From a virus (lineage: Duplodnaviria > Heunggongvirae > Uroviricota > Caudoviricetes), in IMG/VR virus record IMGVR_UViG_3300038393_003162, positions 20,407-84,406 of that record: 64,000 nt of DNA; one strand, written 5' to 3'. The translations under genes and the position numbers were made by a program. This document shows, piece after piece, positions 49,185 through 60,141 of the stretch; position 1 is the first letter of the stretch, and every line of letters begins with the position of its first letter. Below the pieces are notes generated by a model, which had not been told where the DNA came from, ran no database searches, and was given only the letters and a program-made list of their open reading frames with translations.

Positions 49185-51197
49185 TCACACTGGTTCGATG
49201 TCGGAGATGTCGATGTTGTTAATACCTCCGCCCAACATCTTATAACAGACTCGGGTTTTCTCGTCGTCGAAGAAGCGGCTGATCACCACCTCGTCTCCCG
49301 GTTCGAGATGCTCGCTGGAATTGTCGGGACGATAGGCATTAGAAGTGTTCTTGACCACTCGGACCCGGTCGCCGACCTTGGGGACGTACGGCTTCTTTTT
49401 CTCTTCGACCTTGGGGAGGGACTCGGCGAGATCCTTGATCATCTCTTGGGCTTGAGACTTCCGGCTCTCTTCGATCTTCAAGAGAGATGTACGTCTCAAT
49501 TCCCATTCCTCAGGAGAAAGCTGATACTTGGGATTCGCGTACGACATGTGACTTCGTTCCGCGTCTGTCTGGGGATCGACCAATCCGATCGTCGAATCCT
49601 TGTTGGCGTGACAAAGAAACTCGAAGGATTCCTTCACATTCCGATAAATCTGAGATGACGGGTATATAGACCGATTATTAGACCACCAATCCAAGATATC
49701 ATTTTCCTGCCACAAACTTTTGATGATCCCATAGTCATTGTCGGCGGCTGCGATGAACTCTCCATTGTGATAAATCGCCCACTTGCTCGGCGACAGTTCC
49801 CTAATCTGTTCAATCAACCAATGATTCAGAGTGATGGTCTTCCTGGATGGGTCCTCGGTCTTGGAGTTTTCCGACGCCATCGCGGTCAATGCCCGGTCAC
49901 GAACGAGGACCTGTATCTCCGTAAGTCGAAGGTTGCCATGATAGCAATCGACATTGATCCCGATTTCATAACCAATGTGACCATGCGGAACCCACGCTGC
50001 GCGAGGAACGAGATCGAGAGGATGACAATGATCTCGGTAATGGATGAAAGGGCGATTGCCTCGTCCCCGATATTCGACGAGATCTCCAATTCTCACATGT
50101 TCATTGATATCTCTAACGTAGACCTGAGTCTTGTCGATCGTGCTGAAGAGGTTGCCATTCTTATAGATATGCCAAGGTTTTCCGTCTTTCGCCACGATCA
50201 TCCAGTAATCCGGCACTCGTTCCACGTCCTCCATCGGCAGGTAGTGGACGTGTGCGACCTCCTCCTGTGCCGAGATTCGCTTGTACCCGATCGCTGGCTT
50301 CACTCCAGCCAGTGAGAAATGGGTCCAATCGTTGTCGACCTCGCACACGATCACCTCATCGCCCGGCTGAAGATACTCCAACTTGCGATCCTTCATCGCG
50401 TCCGCTGTATTCCGGACCACCCTGACCGTGTCTCCGACCCTGATATCTGGACCTCCCTTAGGAACGGGCTTCTTGGGCTTCTCTGTGGGTTTGGGATCGG
50501 GCGAAGGCGACGAAACTTGCTCCTTTGCCGCGATATTATCCCTCACCTGCTGAGCGATGTCACATTCAAGAGACATTTTTCGCTTTTCGTTATACTTCTT
50601 CAATTCCTCGTCGGCGATCACCTGCAGGTCGACCCGCTTGCTGAGCAGGTAATCCCACATGCTAATTTTGGTCTCTCTGAACGCTTTAGCATAAGCAGAA
50701 TGAGGGAATTTTTGCAGATAACTCGCCTCAATGTCTGATTTAGAAGCGATGATGTCAATGGTCCAAAAGTGGATAGGGTAATCCGACAGGTAGAAACTGA
50801 TCTTCCCCTCTTCGAATTTCCACCTGATGTCCTGCCCCTTCACGAGATCCCAGATCTCCGAGGGCTTTGTCGGCTTGGTCCAGAAAATCCGCCGCATCCA
50901 TCGATAGGGATACCGCAGCGCTCGCGGCAGGGAATGTCCGGCATGGAAGATCAAGGGATTGGCGATCCTGTCCTGAATCGCCGCGTGCAGGGACTCGTCG
51001 ACCGCGATGAATTGGACCCTGTCAAACTGTGTGACGTTGTAGAGATATCGGGCAGGATGATCAGGCAACGCCAATCGCACGCCATTGTTGCCCGGCAACA
51101 CCCTCAAGCCGTAAAACTCATTGGGACCGTACGTGGTGTAATACTTGACGTGATCGAAGAACTGCGGGTGGTTGATGGCGTGTTCGGCGTTCGACAT
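49185..51197 (-). CDS. Multidomain hypothetical protein with two KOW/SH3-like repeats
   Basis: IRVGDTVRVVRNT...PGDEVIV and PKVGDRVRVVKNT...PGDEVVI. Confidence 0.75.
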   Translation of the reverse strand: MSNAEHAINHPQFFDHVKYYTTYGPNEFYGLRVLPGNNGVRLALPDHPARYLYNVTQFDRVQFIAVDESLHAAIQDRIANPLIFHAGHSLPRALRYPYRWMRRIFWTKPTKPSEIWDLVKGQDIRWKFEEGKISFYLSDYPIHFWTIDIIASKSDIEASYLQKFPHSAYAKAFRETKISMWDYLLSKRVDLQVIADEELKKYNEKRKMSLECDIAQQVRDNIAAKEQVSSPSPDPKPTEKPKKPVPKGGPDIRVGDTVRVVRNTADAMKDRKLEYLQPGDEVIVCEVDNDWTHFSLAGVKPAIGYKRISAQEEVAHVHYLPMEDVERVPDYWMIVAKDGKPWHIYKNGNLFSTIDKTQVYVRDINEHVRIGDLVEYRGRGNRPFIHYRDHCHPLDLVPRAAWVPHGHIGYEIGINVDCYHGNLRLTEIQVLVRDRALTAMASENSKTEDPSRKTITLNHWLIEQIRELSPSKWAIYHNGEFIAAADNDYGIIKSLWQENDILDWWSNNRSIYPSSQIYRNVKESFEFLCHANKDSTIGLVDPQTDAERSHMSYANPKYQLSPEEWELRRTSLLKIEESRKSQAQEMIKDLAESLPKVEEKKKPYVPKVGDRVRVVKNTSNAYRPDNSSEHLEPGDEVVISRFFDDEKTRVCYKMLGGGINNIDISDIEPV

Positions 51198-51259
51198 GAC
51201 AAAGTCCCTTTGGTCTCAGAGGTTCGCTGGAATTGGGGGAAAGAATTTGCAGCCCATTA

Positions 51260-51583
51260 TCAGACGAAACAGGATACGAGTTGGTTGACGCCCCAAGCAC
51301 CGATTGTCGTGCCAAGAAATGCCGTCATGCTTCTCCACACGTGATCGTATTCCCCAAATTCGGCATGCCAACGTGCCGAATCGTGACACGCTGCCGCTAA
51401 GAAATTGCCGCCCATTACGAGCGACGTAGCCACCATCCCTAAATGCTTGAGATCAGCCGACTTGATCAAGATCAGGGCTTGTTGTTGCCAGTCGGTGCGT
51501 GTCGAAAACTCTAGCCCTCCCACGAATCCCACCACCGCAAGAAGCAGAAGTACCACATTTCCGTAACGAGGCGAAGCCTTCAT
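51260..51583 (-). CDS. Small membrane protein (3 TM)
   Basis: Hydrophobic segments; probable start MKASP. Confidence 0.5.
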   Translation of the reverse strand: MKASPRYGNVVLLLLAVVGFVGGLEFSTRTDWQQQALILIKSADLKHLGMVATSLVMGGNFLAAACHDSARWHAEFGEYDHVWRSMTAFLGTTIGAWGVNQLVSCFV

Positions 51584-51789
51584 TTTTCGCACCTGAAAAA
51601 CGACTGGAAATTGGGTCGCGCCACACAATTATTATTTTATACACAGTCTCGCGTTCTATCAACCAAAAAATCTCGCGATTTCATGAACCTATGCCCTTGC
51701 GCTAACGATCCCTGATTTTAGCACTACAAAGGTCCCCAGACTCCCCTATATACTTGCTGTATCTCTTTCAAAGGCAGGGAATCGCACCA

Positions 51790-53922
51790 ATGTCAATCAA
51801 ATTCCTTTTAATTAATTTGTTGATATTTCTATCAGGAGATTCAGCAGATTGGACCGTAGGTGGCTGGGGAGCCGCATGTCCCGATCCTGCTCCAATCGTT
51901 CGGGAATTCGTCGGTCCACCAAAGCTGCCATTGCTCGTCGGTCCACCGAAGCTAGATCCTCTTCCCGTCGAGGAAAAAGAGCCAGAAAAGACCGAAAAAG
52001 TCGAGAAGCAAGAGGTACCCCAGCAATCCCCAGACACAACCCAACTTCCGCTCAAGTCGAACGAGTGGTTAGGAACGGTTCAGAATGCTGCTCCGGTCAC
52101 TTTACCGACGCCGCAACTCACGATGTCTCCGGACATCATAAAAGTCATCAGTGCGATTCCATCGGAACCAAGGCAGTCGATCGATTCCGAAATGAACGAG
52201 GTCGCCAGGTTCCTCACGACCGGAGTGAATCCGGCTGAAGCGCCGTTCCTGAGATTCTTCACGTTCTATGCCTTACCGACCGAGCCGTTCACCAACGTGA
52301 CAATCAACGGGCAAGACATGCCGATCTCCCTGAGGCAGGCTGGGTTCCTGACCCTTTCCTTTGTCCTCAATGGCTGTGCCGACATCGAACACAGCGCCGG
52401 GAGCATCATCACGCCTAAGCTCGTGCCGGGCAGTCATACGCTTTGTTATATCAACATTCAGGATTTCGGCTGGTCAGCAGAGCAGTGGGATGAAGTGTCG
52501 AAAGCCGACCCATACGTTGTCGAGCCGTTGGTCAATCACAGTTCTTACAATCTCGGGAGGCTGGTGGGCGGCAACATGCTGTATCGTGGCGACTGGTTCA
52601 TCGTCAATGCGACCAACGTTCAGCGGCAAGTAGACAACAAGATTCCCCAATTGATTTACTACACGCTGCTCTTCAACCAGAATATCCCCCAGAAAGCCGC
52701 CGATTTTCGCAAGATTCTGGGAGTTGATCTCGAAGCCGCGATCAAGGATAACATCGATCGGAACGTGGTCTTGGAGGCGGGCAAGTCGGGTGTGTCGATC
52801 GAGACCGGAGGTAATCGCCGAATCCAGGGCGTGAGGACTCCCAAGGGTTATTATTGGGAGACTTTCGACACCAAGAATGAAGATTATCTTAACAACCTGG
52901 AAGAGAACCCATTCAAGATCAAGAAAGACGCGGGCGAGATTATTGCTTCCCACAAAAATGGTCTCCAGGTTTACTTATTAGTCGATAAGGATGATAAGCG
53001 GGTCGATTTCGCTGACAACGGTCTCGTGGACGACAATTCCCTCGCGAAGAAGCGGAACAAGGCTGTGGATCGCAGAGTGATGACTCCGGTGGGTTGTATC
53101 CGTTGCCACGTTAACGGCATCAACCCCATGGGCAACGACATCGTGGAGACAATCGAAGAGGGCGGGCAACTCAACGTCTTGGTCCAGCCGCAGTACGACC
53201 CATATCACGACTACAAGGCATACCGTGAAGCCAGGGACAAGTACATCAAGCTTGACCGCAAGTTCGTCAACAACAACGTCAACGCCGTGGTCGATACAGA
53301 TAACCTGATTTACATTCAGGCTGTTCAGGCATGTAATGGGCTATTGCCATCCCAAAACGTTCAATTGTTCACAGCCATCTGCGAATGGTATGACAAGCCG
53401 TTGGACTTGAACCAAGCGGCTATTGAGACCGGAGTCTCTCCGTCGGAATATATCGAGAAAACCAAAGGTTGTATCAGCGCCCGCGTCAGCAGGATCGTGG
53501 CAAGCGACAAGTTCTCAATCCCTCGTCGTTATTGGGAAGGATTGAACCCGGCTGGCGATTATGCCCATTCGATCCTGACCATGAGACTTCATTCCCCCGA
53601 ACAGGTGAAGCTCGCGCTCCAGAAGTATCATGCCTATGGAGAGCAACATGTCGTGGCGGAACCCATCGTGGTCCAGGAAGGCAAGAAAGAGGAGGAAAAG
53701 GTTGCAGAGGAGAAGAAAGAGGTCCAGGTCCAGGCAATCACAGCAATCCAGGATTGCTATATTACGGTGAGCGCGGCTGATGGGAGGCAAATCCACCTTG
53801 GAATGGTCAAAAAAGGAGAGACAATTCCATATATACGTATGGACGGTGATTGGTATCAAGTTCAGAAGGACGGTAAAACGGGGTATATCCATAAGGAATA
53901 TTGTATAGGATCTCCCAACTGA
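51790..53922 (+). CDS. Secreted c-type heme protein with C-terminal bacterial SH3 domain
   Basis: Signal-like N-terminus; GCIRCH; GETIPYIRMDGDWYQVQKDGKTGYIHKEY. Confidence 0.75.
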   Translation: MSIKFLLINLLIFLSGDSADWTVGGWGAACPDPAPIVREFVGPPKLPLLVGPPKLDPLPVEEKEPEKTEKVEKQEVPQQSPDTTQLPLKSNEWLGTVQNAAPVTLPTPQLTMSPDIIKVISAIPSEPRQSIDSEMNEVARFLTTGVNPAEAPFLRFFTFYALPTEPFTNVTINGQDMPISLRQAGFLTLSFVLNGCADIEHSAGSIITPKLVPGSHTLCYINIQDFGWSAEQWDEVSKADPYVVEPLVNHSSYNLGRLVGGNMLYRGDWFIVNATNVQRQVDNKIPQLIYYTLLFNQNIPQKAADFRKILGVDLEAAIKDNIDRNVVLEAGKSGVSIETGGNRRIQGVRTPKGYYWETFDTKNEDYLNNLEENPFKIKKDAGEIIASHKNGLQVYLLVDKDDKRVDFADNGLVDDNSLAKKRNKAVDRRVMTPVGCIRCHVNGINPMGNDIVETIEEGGQLNVLVQPQYDPYHDYKAYREARDKYIKLDRKFVNNNVNAVVDTDNLIYIQAVQACNGLLPSQNVQLFTAICEWYDKPLDLNQAAIETGVSPSEYIEKTKGCISARVSRIVASDKFSIPRRYWEGLNPAGDYAHSILTMRLHSPEQVKLALQKYHAYGEQHVVAEPIVVQEGKKEEEKVAEEKKEVQVQAITAIQDCYITVSAADGRQIHLGMVKKGETIPYIRMDGDWYQVQKDGKTGYIHKEYCIGSPN

Positions 53923-53951
53923 TTCTAACTTGCTAATTTTGTAGGAGGCAA

Positions 53952-54764
53952 ATGATCCCTTTCAGAGTTATAAAGTGGTTTTCCCTGATAATGGGAATCA
54001 GTTGTGTGACCGCATTGGGGCAACATCCGTATTGCCCGCCGACGAGGCAATATGTCGCGCAGCAGAATGTCATCCAACAGGGCTATACCGTTCAAGGCTA
54101 CAACAACGGCTATAATGGGAACTACACCCATTATCAGCACCAGACTATCAATTATCCGGTGGTCATCGGAGTTCCTCTGAGTGATCTCGGGATCAACTAT
54201 TACTTTTCGGTCACGCCGCAGAAGCGGGAAGAACGAATCGTCGAGCAGGTTGCCAAGGAAATTATCAGCAACATGAACAAGAATGGCTATGGTATTTTGA
54301 TGCCGGTCCAAGTCCAGCAGCAAACCACGACCGTTCAGCAGACCGTGCCGGTTGAACAAGCTCAGCAGCAGGCACAACAACAGCCGGGACCAGCCACGGG
54401 TCAGATGCCGATTCAGCAGATGCCCATCCAAGGTTCCCAGCCTCAGCAAGCACAGATGCCGATTGTAGGGCAACCCAACCAGCAGGTCGATCCGGTTCAG
54501 ATCCAGCAACAGGTTGCCGACAAGTTCCAGATACTTTCTCTGTTTCAAAAGAAGTGTCTGGGATGTCACAAGCCCGGTGAGATTAAAAATAACGTCAAGT
54601 TGTTCAACTCGGATGGAAGTTTGGTTGACAGCGACTTGAGTACGAGGATGGATATTTTGAATTCGGTCTTGAGGAAGGAAGGAGTGACGGCAATGCCGCC
54701 CTCTCAGCCTCTCACCGCAGATGAGAAGAGGATCGTCATCAACTGGATTCAAGAAAAACTTTGA
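53952..54764 (+). CDS. Secreted Gln-rich protein with planctomycete-type cytochrome c domain
   Basis: Signal peptide; KKCLGCH...MPPSQPLTADEKRIVINWI. Confidence 0.8.
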   Translation: MIPFRVIKWFSLIMGISCVTALGQHPYCPPTRQYVAQQNVIQQGYTVQGYNNGYNGNYTHYQHQTINYPVVIGVPLSDLGINYYFSVTPQKREERIVEQVAKEIISNMNKNGYGILMPVQVQQQTTTVQQTVPVEQAQQQAQQQPGPATGQMPIQQMPIQGSQPQQAQMPIVGQPNQQVDPVQIQQQVADKFQILSLFQKKCLGCHKPGEIKNNVKLFNSDGSLVDSDLSTRMDILNSVLRKEGVTAMPPSQPLTADEKRIVINWIQEKL

Positions 54765-54783
54765 CTTTGATAAGGAGATGAAT

Positions 54784-55575
54784 ATGTTTAAAGGATTTGT
54801 AATGACGACGTTGGTGGCAATGATGACCACCCCAGCCTTGGCTGGTTCGGGTAATTGTGCCGTGAGTGCTAACGGGTACTCTTCTTGTGGCATCAATCAG
54901 ACCACCACTACTATTGGGGTTGTGTCGCCTCAGCCGGTTCAGACTGCTCCGAATGCCGTAGTTTCCCAGAACAGCTACAACCAGCAGGTTGTGGGAACCG
55001 CGATCATCAAGCACAACATCGTTGTGCCAACGATCACGGTCCAACCCGAGGTTGTCAATTCGGTAGTCAAGCAGGAAGTCACGACGGTTCCTGCCGTCAC
55101 CACGACGACTCAGAACGTAGTGACCACGACTCCGAATATTGTGACCACGACGACACCGGTTATCGTGACGACCACCCCGGCTGTTGTTCAGCAGTACAAC
55201 TCCGGTGCCGTTACCTTCCAAGGGACGCAGCGAATCGTCACCCAGCAGCATGTTGTTAATCAGAGCAACAATGTCAGCACCAACTACAGCAATAATGTTA
55301 GTGCTAACAATGTTGGCGTCAACTACAGCAACAACAACGTTGGTGCCGTTGGTCATAGTCACAGCGTCAACATTCAGCGTAACGTGAATGCCAACTTCAA
55401 CAACCATCACAACAACGTCGGTGCTGTTGGTCGTAACCGCAGTCTGAATATCAACATTCAGCGAAATAGCAATGCCAACCGTGGTAGCGGACTATTCGGC
55501 GGCATCTTGGGCAACCGTAGCCGATCTGTTGTCAAGCAGAAGACTGTTACCCGTCAAGTCAATCGATCGCACTGA
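54784..55575 (+). CDS. Secreted low-complexity T/V/N-rich protein
   Basis: AAGGAG RBS; signal peptide ending ALA; VTTTP and NNVGAVG repeats. Confidence 0.75.
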   Translation: MFKGFVMTTLVAMMTTPALAGSGNCAVSANGYSSCGINQTTTTIGVVSPQPVQTAPNAVVSQNSYNQQVVGTAIIKHNIVVPTITVQPEVVNSVVKQEVTTVPAVTTTTQNVVTTTPNIVTTTTPVIVTTTPAVVQQYNSGAVTFQGTQRIVTQQHVVNQSNNVSTNYSNNVSANNVGVNYSNNNVGAVGHSHSVNIQRNVNANFNNHHNNVGAVGRNRSLNINIQRNSNANRGSGLFGGILGNRSRSVVKQKTVTRQVNRSH

Positions 55576-55603
55576 GCGACCTACTAGGTAACAGGATCAC
55601 ATG

Positions 55604-55638
55604 ACCCGAAGGTTTGAGGACCTTCGGGTTTTTCTTTT
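55604..55638 (+). terminator. Intrinsic terminator
   Basis: ACCCGAAGGT/ACCTTCGGGT stem followed by TTTTCTTTT. Confidence 0.75.
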
Positions 55639-55828
55639 GGCGGGTTGAGAATCTTCCCAATGGTTCGGAGGGCGCAGGTGGTCCGGATCACCTTCCTTCT
55701 GTTCGATCCCCGACCAGTCAGCGATTTCTGGATGATCTGTTTCGCCGTCATCAAGATAAGATCCTCGGGCGAATCGGCTGGCATCTGATGTCGTCCTTGG
55801 TTTCAGAAGGATGGGGAAAGTTGGTCAA

Positions 55829-56332
55829 TCATTCGTCTAACGCCAGAGCATGCTCTTGAGCCGCATGCAGGAACCTCTCCAGAGTCCGTATCAACAGCGC
55901 TGCCGAAGGTGCCTTGGCGGTTGTCGCCAGGTAGTCCTTGCTATCGCCAATGCCCACACTCAGGCAATGACTCGCGTTCTCTGATGAGGCTGGCGGGATT
56001 ATTGTCGCGATGTCTACCAATGTGTCAATATCAGCTTCGGAAAATTCAACTATTTTTTCATTCCCGACCTTGTGGATCGACTTGATATCCATGCCTTGCA
56101 TTCGCACATATTGACACCGATTCCCCGTGATCGTATAGAACGTGCCGGTCGCCACCTCGCCCTGCTTCACTTCGAGGATGCGGAGCTTCACGTTGTGGTC
56201 AGCAATTGAAACCGTCGATGGGAGGCAGTAGGAGATCGTCTTCCATGTGGCTCGCTGGGCGGTTGCAAGCGACGGCTGGAACCATGCCAGTAAGCCACCC
56301 GCTACCAAGAACGGGAAAACGCCCACAAACAT
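55829..56332 (-). CDS. Hypothetical membrane-anchored protein
   Basis: ORF with hydrophobic N-terminus; start uncertain. Confidence 0.5.
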   Translation of the reverse strand: MFVGVFPFLVAGGLLAWFQPSLATAQRATWKTISYCLPSTVSIADHNVKLRILEVKQGEVATGTFYTITGNRCQYVRMQGMDIKSIHKVGNEKIVEFSEADIDTLVDIATIIPPASSENASHCLSVGIGDSKDYLATTAKAPSAALLIRTLERFLHAAQEHALALDE

Positions 56333-56645
56333 GAAGAATGATTTGAAAAGCTTGATCACGGTAAAGACCTTTCGGCAATGTTGCATCCCGGCATTCCGTT
56401 GCCGGGATACCAGTTCTCTAGCTGACCAGACACGTGACCTTGATCTCGGTAATGGTGAGTTCGGAACGGTTGGCATGTACCAGCCGCCACAGGGCTTGAA
56501 GTCTAGTGCGACCTGTAACTCTGTGGTTACAGTTAGAACCCTGGATCGTAGCCTCCCAATCCTCTTCAGTTCCTTGATTGGATTTCTGGACCAAATGAAG
56601 CCTCATGGAGAATGTCACCTCGTGGTGGTACTTGCGTGCCAGACG

Positions 56646-56948
56646 CTATTCCGCTTTATCCATCAGACGATTGATGGTATCGCCGAAAGCCTTTCCTAAG
56701 GGCGTGACCTTATTTTCCGTCATGTCCAGAAAACCCGATGCTTGTAATATTCTCATGTGATGACTTATAGATGGTTGCGAAACTCCGAATTCTTTTGCAA
56801 GAACTGCCTGCGAGACACCCTCTTGGAGGTCGAGAATCCTTAGGAAAATTTGAAGACGGAGAAAGTGACTCACCGACTTGAGATTCTGGCTTGCTGTCAC
56901 GATCGCCGTTGGGATCTTTTCGCTCACATCCCGCTTTGACATCGTCAT
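56646..56948 (-). CDS. ArsR/SmtB-family HTH regulator
   Basis: HFLRLQIF...SQAVLAKEFGVSQPSISHHMRILQASGFL. Confidence 0.85.
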   Translation of the reverse strand: MTMSKRDVSEKIPTAIVTASQNLKSVSHFLRLQIFLRILDLQEGVSQAVLAKEFGVSQPSISHHMRILQASGFLDMTENKVTPLGKAFGDTINRLMDKAE

Positions 56949-57101
56949 CCCTATTCATTTCCAAAAGGCTTTGCTCGCTCCCTCATCTACCTTTGTTGTA
57001 GCATGAGTAATTCCTTCCGTCAACCAGTCACCCATCAATTTTCTATATTTTCCTCAGGACAGCACTTATGATTAATCTATTGAATTTACTCTATTTAATG
57101 A

Positions 57102-57974
57102 ATGGACATTATCGAACCGCCCCTTCGCTGGGTCGGAGGCAAGCGATCTCTTGCTGACCAGATCATGGCGAAAATACCTAATAAAATAAATTCATATATA
57201 GAGCCATTCATAGGAGGCGGCTCTATCTTCTTACAAGTGCTGTCGAGGCAATATGCCGCCAAGTACATTGTCGCCGACATCAACCCGCATCTCGTTAATA
57301 TGTGGACCGTAATTCGGGACCACTATGATGACCTCGCCGCTCACATCCAAGAGTTCAAATCTGGCTACGATGCCTTGGAAGACATGGAAGCCAAGCGAGA
57401 ACGCTATTACTGGTTTCGAAATGAATTCAACGCCTGTCCGTTGTCGATCCGACATGCTGCCCTCTTCCTGACCCTAAATCGGACAGCATTCAACGCCTTG
57501 GTCCGTTATAATGGCAAGGGTAACTTCAACAGTGCCTTCGGCAAGCGTAAGGTAGTCGCCATCGACCTCTGCAGCATTGCTCGCCTTCACCGCGCCCTGA
57601 ACTCAGCCGATGTCACATTCCAATGCGGGGATTTCTCGCAGATCGAGACGACGCGACTCGGGACCGGAGATTTTATCTATCTTGATCCGCCTTATCATGT
57701 CCTAGGGACTAGGAAAATCGATGATAAGACCTACAGCAAGGAGGGATTTGTCGATGCAGATGAGCAGCGGCTTCGCGTCTTTTGCGACCAACTGGATTCG
57801 GCTGGGGCGACATTTCTCATGAGTAATCACGAATGCCCAGAAATACTAGAATATTTCCATGGATATCCATATGAAAAGGTCGTATGCTACAAGAGTTTCA
57901 CCGGAAAGGCGTCGAGTCGGAGCGAGACCAAGGAAATCCTGCTCGGCAATGGTCTCGCTCCGATAAAAACCTAA
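57102..57974 (+). CDS. dam: Dam-family DNA adenine methyltransferase
   Basis: PPLRWVGGK, YIEPFIGGGS, LNRTAFNALVRYN, YLDPPY, MSN. Confidence 0.92.
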   Translation: MDIIEPPLRWVGGKRSLADQIMAKIPNKINSYIEPFIGGGSIFLQVLSRQYAAKYIVADINPHLVNMWTVIRDHYDDLAAHIQEFKSGYDALEDMEAKRERYYWFRNEFNACPLSIRHAALFLTLNRTAFNALVRYNGKGNFNSAFGKRKVVAIDLCSIARLHRALNSADVTFQCGDFSQIETTRLGTGDFIYLDPPYHVLGTRKIDDKTYSKEGFVDADEQRLRVFCDQLDSAGATFLMSNHECPEILEYFHGYPYEKVVCYKSFTGKASSRSETKEILLGNGLAPIKT

Positions 57975-57977
57975 GTC

Positions 57978-58523
57978 CTAATTGTTCCAGGCATGGGTGG
58001 GGATGCGATCCATCGGAACCAGGTCGGGGTTCTCGTTGATCGTGGGGGTAAATTGGAAGGCTTGCACGCTGTCGAGCAAAATCCGAGAAGGACGGTCGCA
58101 CGAACTGCAGACGATCAGCTTGGGCATTTCCATGTGATAGCCGTTCTGGTCGACCCGTCCAACAGGTGGATAATCGAGAACCTGTTGGACTTCCTCGTCG
58201 AAGCAATAAGGACATGTTCCAGGGGGAACCAGGAACATGGGCATGGAATCCTTGATCGTTGTGAACTTGGTCTTGCCCATGCCATGGTGGTGACAATAGG
58301 GGCAGATGTAGGTGTAGCAGGGAAATGCGAGCTTCAACCGGAACACCTTATCAATTTCCGGTTGCGTGTGTACATAGTGGCATTTTTGACACTTGGCAAC
58401 CTCGGCAAGTCCCTTGTGACCAAATGTCAGTTGATAGACGACCTCGTTTGAGCATTGGAGGCATGGGAAATAGATTGCCACGTGCGACTCAGCCAGCCGG
58501 GGACCTTTGCTTCGCATGCTCAT
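57978..58523 (-). CDS. Multi-CxxC zinc-ribbon protein
   Basis: CLQC, CQKC, CPYC x2, CSSC; start probably MSMRSK. Confidence 0.65.
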   Translation of the reverse strand: MSMRSKGPRLAESHVAIYFPCLQCSNEVVYQLTFGHKGLAEVAKCQKCHYVHTQPEIDKVFRLKLAFPCYTYICPYCHHHGMGKTKFTTIKDSMPMFLVPPGTCPYCFDEEVQQVLDYPPVGRVDQNGYHMEMPKLIVCSSCDRPSRILLDSVQAFQFTPTINENPDLVPMDRIPTHAWNN

Positions 58524-59308
58524 GATGATTTTCCCTCTTGGAGGTTGTGGATGCATTCGCTGAGAATCCACGCGGACGCCCCTTGGGATTCCCAATTGAA
58601 ACGGATCTCGCTTAAGACTTCGATGATCCTCCTGGTTAAAGGCGTTGGACCACCCATCCCAATCCCGACAGCGTAGACCGAGGCGAGGGGGCTGCCGAGA
58701 ACAGCGAGGGCGAGGAAGGCATTCAGGGTTAAAGATGTGCAGGGGATTTTTGGAGGTATGAACAACATGTGTTTCCACAGCACCTCGACATATTCTTTCA
58801 ATTCAGAGGTTGTTTTGGGATCAGGCGGGTACACTACATAGGTTTCCCATATCGACTGCAGCACTACCCGTATCGTCTCCGGGAGCCGGGCACCTACCTG
58901 CAGGAACATGAGAAGCTTCGGCACCTCCTTAGGCGAAACTAAAGAAACGTAGTTTCGTATGGCTGTCAAAAGAATGGTTGTTGGGTAACTTTCATGCGAC
59001 CACATTAATTCCATGGCGCGAGTATACAGCCGATTCGCAACCCGAGATCGTTGCGAATCGGTCGAGAATTGGATCATACCCGTGGCGAGTATTAGGATGT
59101 CGAACCACTGATCAGAAATGTCGCTTCGGGTGATCTCCTTCGTGAACATCTCCGGAAGTTCCGGATCATTGATCATGATCAATTCGATCAACGCATCGTC
59201 CTTGCTGGCATCCGATGCCTGAGGGTCGAGTAGAACTCTTCTCAGGCATTTTCGGTCGCTTCGGGAGTTTGCTCGATCCATGGGGGAATCTCCGGGACTA
59301 ACTTCCAT
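58520..59308 (-). CDS. Helical hypothetical protein
   Basis: 262-aa ORF; stop overlaps the next start. Confidence 0.6.
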   Translation of the reverse strand: MEVSPGDSPMDRANSRSDRKCLRRVLLDPQASDASKDDALIELIMINDPELPEMFTKEITRSDISDQWFDILILATGMIQFSTDSQRSRVANRLYTRAMELMWSHESYPTTILLTAIRNYVSLVSPKEVPKLLMFLQVGARLPETIRVVLQSIWETYVVYPPDPKTTSELKEYVEVLWKHMLFIPPKIPCTSLTLNAFLALAVLGSPLASVYAVGIGMGGPTPLTRRIIEVLSEIRFNWESQGASAWILSECIHNLQEGKSS

Positions 59309-59516
59309 TGCCCGTCTGCGGACTGATGCCAGAGATGCAAGTCTCGGCTTTGTATCAACTTGATCGTGATCACGTCTTGACGATCAGAACGCACACCGCT
59401 ACTTTCGACATGGTGGGCATTATAATGGTCTCGCACGGGACCGGGAAGGTCGGCGAAGGATACTCTCTGCCACCTTCCCTCAGGACGATTCGACATTTCA
59501 GTTCCTCGAATAGCAC

Positions 59517-59759
59517 TCACGACGGATCTTTGCATTCCGGAATGTGCGAATTCACGATTTTTCCGGCGACTACCGTGAAGATAAATTCGACCTGTCCGGA
59601 TCGGGTGCGAACTTCGTATGTGTAATCTTCTCCAAACTTGAGGGCTAAATGCATCCCATCGTAGGAGCTCGCAACGTGATCCACGTATTGGCATCCTTCC
59701 ATGGGAGGTCCGTCCTGCTGCTCTTGGACCACGTTGCGCCACAATTCCTTGAGATGCAT
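59517..59759 (-). CDS. Small hypothetical protein
   Basis: 80-aa ORF after AAGGA. Confidence 0.5.
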   Translation of the reverse strand: MHLKELWRNVVQEQQDGPPMEGCQYVDHVASSYDGMHLALKFGEDYTYEVRTRSGQVEFIFTVVAGKIVNSHIPECKDPS

Positions 59760-60141
59760 TGTTGAAAAGATTCCTTAGCGGGGTCGATGCCGTAGCATCT
59801 GTTCTAGACCTTCAACCGCTTCCTGGTTAAAGACGGCTGCCGTGTTTGTGACCAATAAGGTCCCGGTAAAATGATTGTAGTAGACCTGAAGCGTGACGCC
59901 CTCTGGCGAGATCATCGCCCCCTTGTTTTGCCCCAAGACCTGAATCTTCCACCCCCGAACGGTTCGTTCTGCCTCCACCTTAAGCAGTGGAGATTCCTTA
60001 ACTGCGACTTGCTCAGGTTTTGGAATTTCTTTTTCCCGCATCCGACTTCGGAGTGGAGCATTTGGTTTAGTTGGCAAATCAGGTCGCTCCGTCCAAATTA
60101 CATTATATCATGAGAACACAAACCGGTAAAAGCATCTCAGA

